Below are positions 21,917 through 30,802 of a stretch of DNA of 64,000 nucleotides, piece after piece. Within the stretch, counting starts at the first letter, position 1. Each line of letters opens with the position of its first letter. A program made the translations under genes and the position numbers. This DNA is from an uncultured Verrucomicrobiae bacterium (GTDB lineage Bacteria; Verrucomicrobiota; Verrucomicrobiia; Chthoniobacterales; JAFAMB01). The notes under the pieces were generated by a model, which saw only the letters and a list, made by a program, of their open reading frames with translations, did no database searches and had not been told where the DNA came from. Location: the NCBI GenBank assembly GCA_963762565.1, contig CAVXLD010000007.1, forward strand, positions 1 through 64,000. The letters are read 5' to 3'.

Positions 21917-21999
21917 GAAGATTTACCCTTAACGGTCGTTCAGGCTGCTACCTGATGACGCAAAACGCGTTCAACCGCGTACTTGATGCGACGTACAAA

Positions 22000-22224
22000 A
22001 TGAAATTCTCGTTCAGATGGAGACATGAGGACGGATCTGTTGTGGAGTTTACGGACATGGGGTGGATATCCGATGATCCTCAGAAAACTGATTGGTTGAT
22101 GAAAATGAATAGCCTTTGTAGCTCAACGCCATCCATCGCCCCGGGCGTCCGAGCTTGGTTGGATCGACACTGTGAGCTGATTTCGTTCAGGGGCCACGCC
22201 GAGGAGCCTGGAGACAGCGTCTAA
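22000..22224 (+). CDS. Hypothetical protein
   Basis: MKFSFRWRHEDGSVVEFTDMGW... short ORF. Confidence 0.4.
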   Translation: MKFSFRWRHEDGSVVEFTDMGWISDDPQKTDWLMKMNSLCSSTPSIAPGVRAWLDRHCELISFRGHAEEPGDSV

Positions 22225-22780
22225 TTTCTCTGGTTTTCCGTTTCGCGATACTCCGGAGCCGGGCTTCAAACGAATCTCCGACCTGCTGGAAGCTTTAAAA
22301 GCAAAACCATGCGCGATAAACGCGAACTTCGCTGACTCCAACGCTCTGCCTATTTTGCGCGCTTCCAGACTAGATGAACATTTCCTGAACGGGTGGAGCT
22401 CTTCGAAAGACTCATCACGTTCAGTTCATCGCCGGAGATGCGGACGCGAGCATAGCCTGCAATTGCACTAAGGCACCGTTCCGGGGCGCCTATTGAGAGG
22501 ACCCAGGTAACGCGTTCTTGCGTGGCTCACCCAAGCCCTACTGCCGGAATTATCTGGGTAATCGGCTGGCGATCTTAGCAGGTCGATGTCCAAAAAAGTA
22601 TCTCTTACCTTCAGCCCTACTCGCATAGGCTGGTCTAAAGGGAACGCCAGGCGCTTTGCTATCTTTCGCGCTGCCAACAAAACATCTTGTCCGCGCTTGG
22701 TCATGAGTTGCCGGGACGCTTGGGTGAAGTGGATGATGATGAGACACTCCGGCAATCTTTCTTCGAGAGTGCCGTCAAAG

Positions 22781-23324
22781 CCAAGATCGACGCATTGAGG
22801 CAGTACAAGGAGGAGATCCTGGAGGCGCGCCGCTAGGCCGCTCGCGCGGCCGTGAGAGGTGAGAGGGGGAGAGGATTGGTGAAAGGTGAAAAGTGATTGG
22901 TGATTTGGTAGGCCGTTCGAAGCGACGTAACCAAAGCGTGACCTCTCCGGACCGTGAGTCGCCAGCAGGCTTGGCCGATAGCCAGGGATTCATCACAACC
23001 GATTTTTACGACGTTGCGGCATGTTTCCGACTCATTTTGCTTTTTGAGCGCGAGGAACGAGCGAGCAAGAATCAAAAGCAAAATACAGTTACTCTGCCAG
23101 CACGGAGCGGAAGCGAGCTCAAGCTTAAAACGGAATAAATGGGGGCAGCCCGTAGCCCGCATTTCTCACAACCCGTGAGAAATGCGCCCGGAGTGCGGAT
23201 CCGGCCGGCGCCGGACCGGGGCAAGGGGACCCTGATTATGCCGGATTGAGCTTGAACTCGTCGGAGCGGAGCGCCCCTTGAAACAGTCTGAGACCGTTAC
23301 CTGCCGAGGGCGTCTCGATCCGGC
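22781..23324 (+). repeat. Dispersed modular repeat, copy 1 (partial B-heptamer-hairpin module)
   Basis: Aligns by eye with 26015-26651, 27502-28118, 42028-42431 and 49050-49585; ends GTCTCGATCCGGCA. Confidence 0.9.
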
Positions 23325-24268
23325 AATGCATTTACTTTGCACGCTCTAAAATCCTCCGGGCTGGACAAAGTTCTTTTCCCGCCGTTCTCTGACGTGCTCT
23401 CGGAGCTGCTTCCAAACTCTCGCAGGGCTTACTCGCCGCCGGCCGAGAGGAGCTTCGCAAAAAGGGGTGAGTTTTTGGAACGGGCAGTAGCGACTCCCCA
23501 GGTCGGAAAATCTGCCTTTGGCAAGAGATCAGATTTCGGGCAAGCCCATCAAGCTTTACTCAAAGCCTTGGAGAACGGGGGAAAATTCGTCTAAGCTGTT
23601 TTAACCCACTTTCCCCATCTTTTTGATCTTCGTTGCGTGCGATCCTCTTCTCCGCGCCGTGCGGGTTGGAGTTATTGCACGTCCTTATCCTAGTTTCTTG
23701 CTGTTCGGTGTGCTCTTCTCTCGGTTCCATGGCTCGAATTCGACGGATAATCATTCGTTATTCTGATTTAGACGGGCTGCTGCGAGAGTTCGCGGCTCTC
23801 GTGGCCACATCCTGTTTATCCTAGCAATAGTGGTTTGAAAGAGCCGCACATCGGACAATGAAACGGCGACCTCCCCTCCCTACGCCGTCTTTGACGCAGG
23901 TTGTGCGACGGGCATTCATTTTGGGGAGAAAAATGCAATTTCGTTCCGATCGATCGTTTCGCGACGAGTTAAATCGTGTCTGCAGGTTTGGAGAACATTG
24001 AAAGATTCGAACAAATTCGCGAGCAAGGATGCGATACAAGGGAAGTTCGGTTGCGGAACTTTCAAAATAGCCTAGCCACCGGGTGGGAGGCGCTTTTTCC
24101 GCACTGGCCTAAGCTTGCATAAGTCCTTTCGGGTCCTTCGCGCCGCTGCTAGGCTTCGCTTTTTCTTTAGCGGCTTGGCGGCTATTCTGATTGTGCTCGA
24201 CAGAAATTCTGGCGGGCATAGCCTTTGGCTGGTAAGTCGTAATTCATTGTCTAAGAGCCATTTCTTCA

Positions 24269-24979
24269 ATGAGACTTCCGAACTGGTTCAAAGTTGTCTG
24301 GTGGACCTTGCTGATTGCTCTCCTAACTTTTTTTCTCTTACAAAGATATCCAGACCTGGTTGAAGGCGGGGCCACACCTTCCGATGTGTTTGTGTTCTCG
24401 GTTTGGGCAGCTCTTGTTCTCGTTCCTCTTTTCCAGGAACTCAATCTATTCGGAATCGAAGTGAAGCAGGAAGTTCGGGAGCTGAGATCAGAACTTAAAT
24501 CCGAGTTAGTGAACCTGCGCTCCCAAATTCGAAGTACTGCCGATGCTCAAGCGCGGATTAATTTGGTGCCGTTGCCCGACGCCGAGCTGTCAGCTCTGGA
24601 AAAGCGCGCTCAAGTCGCTGTCAAGAAGACCATCCAACAACATGGCTCACCACACGAACCGAGTCTTACTTCGCGGATTTCAGTGGACGATTACACACAG
24701 GCCCTCTTTGAGGCGCGCTACAGTATCGAACGCGAGCTACGACGAATCGCGGCAGCACGCCTCGACTTCAGTGCGGAAGGTAATCCGCGTCCGATCGCGG
24801 AGGTCATTGGGACGCTAGTCGAATCGCAATTGCTTGATTTTGGGCTCGCCAGCGCGATCAGGGAAGTTTATGCCATCTGTTCTTTCGCTGTCCACGGACA
24901 GACTCCGTCCGAGGCGCAGGTCCGCTTCGTGGAGAATGTCCTCCCTGGTTTGTTGAAGGCGCTGCATGCGATTCATTGA
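24269..24979 (+). CDS. Two-TM membrane protein with HEPN/DUF4145-like C-terminal helical domain
   Basis: Two N-terminal TM helices, a coiled coil, RYSIERELRRIA and AIREVYAICSFAVHG. Confidence 0.55.
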   Translation: MRLPNWFKVVWWTLLIALLTFFLLQRYPDLVEGGATPSDVFVFSVWAALVLVPLFQELNLFGIEVKQEVRELRSELKSELVNLRSQIRSTADAQARINLVPLPDAELSALEKRAQVAVKKTIQQHGSPHEPSLTSRISVDDYTQALFEARYSIERELRRIAAARLDFSAEGNPRPIAEVIGTLVESQLLDFGLASAIREVYAICSFAVHGQTPSEAQVRFVENVLPGLLKALHAIH

Positions 24980-25167
24980 AGATGCAATCCGCTAGCGGCA
25001 TACTGGGCGAAATTGTCCAGGATTGCCTGGGGACGTGATTTAAACAGCGGACCCCGGATCCTGAATGATGCAATCTTAGCTGCGTGTGTCAGAGGTTGTT
25101 TTTGTCTAGCCGGCTCGATGATTGCAAAGCGCTGTAAAAGCAAGAGGCTCTACAATCATGCGCTGAC

Positions 25168-25893
25168 TTACTTCAGCATCTCTTTCACCTTTGCCGAGAT
25201 GGCGGCCCCTAGTTTTCTCTCGGACTCAGCGCTGAGATGCAGACCATCGACACCATCCGTTGAAATTACGGATCCTGCATTTAAGAATCCGGCGCCACCC
25301 ATCTTGGCGACTGCTTCGTAGAGGTCTGGCAGTTGGTTCGACTTTTCCACACCGCCCTTGAACATTGGTCCGAAAATAGGTCCCCCATCGATACTTGGAT
25401 TCAGTGGAGGTGGACAGATCAACAAGACCTTGGGATTTTTGTAGCTCGTGCCCACGCCGCCGTTCAAGGTATTGACCAAGTCGATCAAGTGAGCGGCCCC
25501 GATGGCGATGCGTAACGGAGTCCGGTTGAACACGGGCTTCAGATCGTTTGTTCCCAGCATGATGACGACGAGGTCAACAGGCAGATGCGAGGCTAGGCAC
25601 GCCGGCAGATACGCACTGCCATCAAGCTGAGCGCCAGTGATCGGTGACCCCGGATCCGGGGCATCCGTCGTTCGGCCGTCCAATCCTTCTTCGATTACCT
25701 GATAGTTGCTGCCCAGTGCTTTCTGCAGCGCCCCAGGCCAGCGATCATCGAAATCATATCTGGTGCTCGGAGGATTCGCATTTGGCACCCAACCATACGT
25801 AATCGAGTCGCCGTAAGCGACGATTCTAAACGGTTCCGCATAGCAGGAACCGCCCAACATTAACAATACGAGGGGGAGGAATAATCTTTTCAT
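25168..25893 (-). CDS. SGNH/GDSL hydrolase, secreted
   Basis: Signal peptide, YGDSITYG, EEGLDGRTT, MLGTND and DGLH. Confidence 0.92.
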   Translation of the reverse strand: MKRLFLPLVLLMLGGSCYAEPFRIVAYGDSITYGWVPNANPPSTRYDFDDRWPGALQKALGSNYQVIEEGLDGRTTDAPDPGSPITGAQLDGSAYLPACLASHLPVDLVVIMLGTNDLKPVFNRTPLRIAIGAAHLIDLVNTLNGGVGTSYKNPKVLLICPPPLNPSIDGGPIFGPMFKGGVEKSNQLPDLYEAVAKMGGAGFLNAGSVISTDGVDGLHLSAESERKLGAAISAKVKEMLK

Positions 25894-26014
25894 AGGGGGA
25901 TGAGTGGTGCGTAACACAGTCGGACAGGTTGGTGAGTTGTCGAGGTGACATCTCAGTCCCGCCGAGGAGAAAGATTGCTGGGCACATAAAAGGCCTGGCT
26001 CCCTCCTGTTTGTC

Positions 26015-26651
26015 TCCAAAGCCCCTGGGAAAAGCTTCTGGATGACACCAAAGCTCTCCTCTATCGTGATCCTGAATTTGATCGCCAATTTGCCCTTTTT
26101 TATTATAAACTCGGAAAAACCCGCGGTGACGTGTATTGACTGACCCTGAACTTGATCATCTCAAATCCGCTGCCACTGGGCCGCTAGCGCGGCCGTGAGA
26201 GGTGAGAAGTGATTGATGATTGGTGAAAAGTGAAAGCTGATTTGTTAAGCCGATCGAAGCGACACATAACCAAAGCGGCGACTTCTCCGAACCGTAAGTA
26301 ATCACCTGGTCAATAGCCAGAGGTTCAGCACAACTGACTTTCAAAACGTTGCGGTATGTTTCCGATCCATTTTGCTTTTTGAGCGCGAGGAACGAGCGAG
26401 CAAGAATCAAAAGCAAAATACAGTTACTCTTCCAGCGCGGAGCGGAAGCGAGCTCAAGCTCAAAACGGAATAAATGCGGGTAGCCCGTAGCTCGCATTTC
26501 TTACAACCCCTGAGAAATGCGCACGGAATGCCAACATTCTCCGGGGCAAGGGGGACCCTGTTTATGCCGGATTTGAGCTTGAACTCGCCGGAGCGGAGCG
26601 CCCCTTGAAACAGTCTGAGACCGCTATCCGCCGAGGGCGTCTCGATCCGGC
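26015..26651 (+). repeat. Dispersed modular repeat, copy 2
   Basis: Module A (AAGCTTCTGGATGACACC..), internally deleted B, heptamers and hairpin module; ends GTCTCGATCCGGCA. Confidence 0.9.
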
Positions 26652-26760
26652 ACGTCGGCGCCTCTACTTGTCTAGCGGGCTCGACGATTGTGAAGCGCTG
26701 GAGGGAAAAAGAAAAGCAGACCTTAGTAGTCGGCTCTGAACAACGATAGGCGGCCTCCGG

Positions 26761-27369
26761 CTAATGTTCGATCTCCGGAGGTTCACGGTGTTTCCCGGGA
26801 AGAAAATGGAATAGAACCAGTAGGATGTAGGCATTCATCGCCAGATTCGGTTTGTAAAAGGAAAGAGCGATCGAAGCCAAAGCGGTAACGATCGGTATCG
26901 CTGCGCGGCGAGTTAAATTAGCAAACCAGGCTCCTCTTGGCTGATCGTGAGAAAGGTTCGGGTGCTTGGCCAGGTAGCCTAATTGCAGCAGCGAGATCGC
27001 AGACGCCGCTAAAAGGTTGAGTCCATAAACCACGACAGGAATCTGCAGGCTGCTATGGCCGGAGACGAGATTGGTTGAGAATGGCACTAGAGTGACGAAG
27101 AGCAAGAAAAGCAGATTCAGCCAAAGCAAAGTCCGGTTCACCCTGTGCACCGTGTGAAACAAAGCGTGGTGCCCTACCCAGTACATCCCCAAAACAATGA
27201 AGCTCAGGACATAGGTCCAAAAGCGGCCACCGACTCCGAGCAGCTGACGCCATACATCCGAGTCACTGTTTAAGGTGATGCCCTCGGGCAGCTTCAAGTC
27301 CAAGACCAGGAGGGTCATCGCCACCGCAAAAATCCCGTCGACCAAGGCTAAGATTCGAGACTTTTCCAT
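26761..27369 (-). CDS. TMEM175/DUF1211 family potassium channel
   Basis: RILALVDGIFAVAMTLLVLDL, YVLSFIVLGMYWVGHH and WLNLLFL..VPFST. Confidence 0.9.
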   Translation of the reverse strand: MEKSRILALVDGIFAVAMTLLVLDLKLPEGITLNSDSDVWRQLLGVGGRFWTYVLSFIVLGMYWVGHHALFHTVHRVNRTLLWLNLLFLLFVTLVPFSTNLVSGHSSLQIPVVVYGLNLLAASAISLLQLGYLAKHPNLSHDQPRGAWFANLTRRAAIPIVTALASIALSFYKPNLAMNAYILLVLFHFLPGKHREPPEIEH

Positions 27370-27501
27370 AGGGGTAGTCGAACGATTGGCTTAGTTGCAG
27401 GCAACCGGCGGATTTGAATGGTTGACGACCAGCTTTCTCGAGAAAATCGTTTCCAGCAAGCGGTGGGTGATTGGGAAACTCTGATGGTTGCCGATGTTGT
27501 G

Positions 27502-28118
27502 TCCAAAGCCCCCGGGAAAGCTTCTGGATGACACCCAAGCTCTCCTCTATTGTGATCCTGAATTTGATCGCCACTTTGTCCTTTCTTTATCATAAACTCG
27601 GAAAAATCCGCGGTGACTCGCATTGACTGATCCTGATCATCTCAAATCCGCTCGCCGAGTATCTTCTTCAAGTGGCACGCAGCTCTGAAGGCCGCCGTTA
27701 TCGAAAGCAGCCCAAGATCGACGCATTGAGACAGGATAAGGAAGAGATCTTGGAGGCGCTGCCGCTGGGCCGCTAGCGCGGCCGTGATGACGTCGCCAAG
27801 GCTATGTCGGACAGGGAGGTGAGAAGTGATTGGTGATACGTGATTGGCAATCCAATCGAAGCAACATAACCAAAGCGGCGATCTCTCCGGACCGTGAGTA
27901 GCACACAACTGATTTTCAAGACGTTGCAGCATGTTCCCGACCCATTTTGCTTTTTTGAGCGCGAGGAACGAGCGAGCAAGAATCAAAAGCAAAATACAGT
28001 TACTCTTCCAGCGCGGAGCGGAAGCGAGCTCAAGCTTAAAACGGAATAAATGGGGGTAGCCCGTAGGGAGCAACGTTTATGCCGGATTTGAGCTTGAACT
28101 CGCCGAAGAGCGCGCCCT
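27502..28118 (+). repeat. Dispersed modular repeat, copy 3
   Basis: Modules A, B, heptamers and hairpin module. Confidence 0.9.
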
Positions 28119-28167
28119 TAGCGTGCTTGCATCTTTGCGTGAAGATTGGAGGATTTCAACTGACGCC

Positions 28168-28776
28168 ATGATAAAACCTTACCTGTCGGTCGTCGCCGTT
28201 CTGATTATTGTGCTCAATGCATTGCTACTGATTCCTGCCACCAGCGCCTACACAGTTCCGGTAGCGCTGTTAGGACTTTTGTTAGCACTTTTTGTGTTGA
28301 TTCTTTCGTTTCGAGCAGGCGCGAAGGCCACGCCCCCGTCTATAGGGGCTCCAGCTCCAGCGACCTTGCCGCCGCCCGTCACGGCTACCAACCAGGCCGA
28401 AACCGAGATCGTGGCATTCTTCGCCCTTCTTCAGGATAAGGGCCGCCTTGTGGATTTTCTGATGGAAGACCTGACCGCATTTGACGACGCGCGGGTCGGA
28501 GCTGCAGCCAGAGTCGTTCATCAAGGCTGTGGAGAAGTTCTAAAGGAATACTTCAAGATCACTTCAGTCTCCGAGGCAGAAGAAGGTTCTCAGGTCGTCG
28601 TGCCAGCGGGTTACGCTGCCGACCAATACCGGATGATTGGGAAACTGGCCGGAAATCCGCCCTTTACCGGCAAACTTGTTCACAAGGGCTGGAAGACCGA
28701 GTACGTGAAACTCCCGCGAAGCACCAAAACCGATCGCCTGCCAGCGATCGCACCTGCAGAGGTCGAAATTGGGTAG
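28168..28776 (+). CDS. DUF2760 family protein
   Basis: LLQDKGRLVDFLMED, VGAAARVVHQGC, PPFTGKLVHKGW and IAPAEVE. Confidence 0.85.
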   Translation: MIKPYLSVVAVLIIVLNALLLIPATSAYTVPVALLGLLLALFVLILSFRAGAKATPPSIGAPAPATLPPPVTATNQAETEIVAFFALLQDKGRLVDFLMEDLTAFDDARVGAAARVVHQGCGEVLKEYFKITSVSEAEEGSQVVVPAGYAADQYRMIGKLAGNPPFTGKLVHKGWKTEYVKLPRSTKTDRLPAIAPAEVEIG

Positions 28777-28792
28777 AATCGGTGGATAAACT

Positions 28793-30673
28793 ATGGAATC
28801 TGTGGCCCAAACTTCGGAACTCGCTACTGGTCAAGTCAGCGCACGTTTCAGTCTCGGGATCGATCTGGGAACCAGCAACAGCGCGGTTGCAGTTGAGGAT
28901 TTCGAGACCGGCCGCGCCGCAATTGTCGAGATCACTCAACTCCTTGGACCAAATCGGATCGGGGAAAAGGTGACCCTTCCGTCTGCGATCTATGTCCCGC
29001 ATCCAAATGAATTCCCGGAGGACGGATTGCTCCTTCCTTGGCAAGAAAAGGGTAGCGGCCTGATCATTGGGCATTTCGCACGGGAGCACGGCGCATTGAT
29101 CCCTGACCGGCTGGTCATTTCTGCGAAGTCTTGGTTGTCGAATTTCCACATCGACCCGAGAAAGCCGGTCCTTCCCTGGAAATCGGATATCGAGGAGCAA
29201 AAACTTTCCGCTTTAGAATGTTCCTGCCGTTATCTCGAGCACATGAAGGAAGGGTTTCTGTATGGAGAGCGGGCCGAGGGGCGAACATGGAATATCACGG
29301 AAGGGCAGATCGTCATCACCGTTCCCGCCTCATTCGATGAGGTCGCACGAAATCTAACTGCTGAGGCTGCACAGGCCGCGGGCTTTGGCAAAGTCATCCT
29401 CCTGGAAGAGCCTCAGGCAGCCTTTTATGCGTGGATGGCGCAGTCCGGAAACGGTTGGCGAAACCAAGTCAGCCCCGGGGATATCATCCTGGTCTGCGAC
29501 GTCGGAGGGGGTACCGCGGATTTCAGTCTGATCGCAATCGCCGAAAAAAAGGGGAATCTCGAAGTAGAACGGATCAGTGTCGGCGAGCATATCCTTTTGG
29601 GAGGTGACAACATGGACTTGGCGCTTGCCTACGCGCTCAATGCGCAACTGGAAGCGGCAGGGAAATCGATCGACCGATGGCAGTTTCTCGCCTTAGTTCA
29701 TGCCGCCGGCAACGCCAAAGTAAGCCTGTTCACCGATCTGGGGCTCGGCCAAATTCCGATCGCCGTTCCATCTCGAGGATCAAGTCTGTTGGCTAAAACC
29801 ATCTCAACTACGTTGGATCGCGCCATGCTTGAACAAATCATCCTGAACGGCTTTTTTCCCCTGACCAGTGTCTCTGACTTGCCACAGGAAAGCCGCGGCG
29901 CCGGCCTTCGAGAGTTCGGTCTTCCCTACGCAGCGGATCCGGTTGTTAGCAAGCACCTCGCGCGATTCCTCAGGCGAAGCCTGACCAACGTGAAAGCCAG
30001 TGAAACACTGGGCGCGCTCGTGAAATTCCAAACGCTCGAAGGCGAGCATATCAAGCCGACTGCCGTTCTTTTCAATGGAGGTGTATTCAACGCTGCCCCA
30101 ATCCGCCACCGCGTTCTCGATTTGCTAGCGTCATGGAACGATGGGATCCCGGTTCGAGAACTTCAGGGATTCCAACCCGACCTGGCGGTTGCCAAAGGAG
30201 CTGCTTTGTACGGTCGTAACCGTGCTACCGGCAAGGGGATTCGGATCAAGGCTGGCACCGCCCGCTCCTACTACATTGGTTTGGAATCGACCATGCCCGC
30301 GATCCCGGGATTTAAGCCACCGATCAAAGCCATCTGCGTCGTTCCGCAAGGGATGGAGGAGGGGAGCGAGTTGCTGATTGATGAGCAGGAGTTCGGGCTC
30401 ATGACCGGACAGCCTGCTGACTTTCGCTTCTTCGCGTCCGAAGTCCGCAGCGGCGACCTGCCTGGCCAAATCATCTCCAACGCCGAGCGCGAGTTGGAAG
30501 AAACCAGCAGAATTGAGGTAACGTTACCTGCTGTCGAGGGATTTCCTGAAGGCCAGACGATTCCAGTCGTCATTAATCCAATGGTGACCGAGCTTGGTAA
30601 CCTTGAGCTCTGGATGAAACACACCCGCTCGGAGCGCCGTTGGAAGCTCGAGTTTCAGCTGCGGATGGAATAA
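28793..30673 (+). CDS. Atypical Hsp70-family protein
   Basis: GIDLGTSNS, ITVPASFD, EEPQAAFY, DVGGGTADFS, LLGGDNMD and FNGG. Confidence 0.9.
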   Translation: MESVAQTSELATGQVSARFSLGIDLGTSNSAVAVEDFETGRAAIVEITQLLGPNRIGEKVTLPSAIYVPHPNEFPEDGLLLPWQEKGSGLIIGHFAREHGALIPDRLVISAKSWLSNFHIDPRKPVLPWKSDIEEQKLSALECSCRYLEHMKEGFLYGERAEGRTWNITEGQIVITVPASFDEVARNLTAEAAQAAGFGKVILLEEPQAAFYAWMAQSGNGWRNQVSPGDIILVCDVGGGTADFSLIAIAEKKGNLEVERISVGEHILLGGDNMDLALAYALNAQLEAAGKSIDRWQFLALVHAAGNAKVSLFTDLGLGQIPIAVPSRGSSLLAKTISTTLDRAMLEQIILNGFFPLTSVSDLPQESRGAGLREFGLPYAADPVVSKHLARFLRRSLTNVKASETLGALVKFQTLEGEHIKPTAVLFNGGVFNAAPIRHRVLDLLASWNDGIPVRELQGFQPDLAVAKGAALYGRNRATGKGIRIKAGTARSYYIGLESTMPAIPGFKPPIKAICVVPQGMEEGSELLIDEQEFGLMTGQPADFRFFASEVRSGDLPGQIISNAERELEETSRIEVTLPAVEGFPEGQTIPVVINPMVTELGNLELWMKHTRSERRWKLEFQLRME

Positions 30674-30802
30674 TTCTCGAGCCCGGATCATACCGTGTCC
30701 TACGTGACATCGCACCTTCGGCGCCGAAGGTGTCCTCAATGGCAAACGCCTTTAGCCATTAACTCGCGAACAATCCTGGCTTAACTTCCTAACAGGACTG
30801 CT

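Noticed and set aside
22468..24269. Short ORFs around repeat copy 1 (22468, 23337, 23633, 23821)
   Set aside because: No recognisable motifs or good starts; they cannot be supported as genes.
25894..26088. N-terminal extension of the SGNH ORF (MAIKFRITIEES..)
   Set aside because: It derives from repeat module A being in frame by chance; the signal peptide starts at 25893.
26156..26497. Recurrent reverse-strand ORFs 'MRATGYPHLFRF..' (also 22833, 27642, 49344)
   Set aside because: They are translations of the non-coding hairpin/heptamer modules, and their frames are not conserved between copies.
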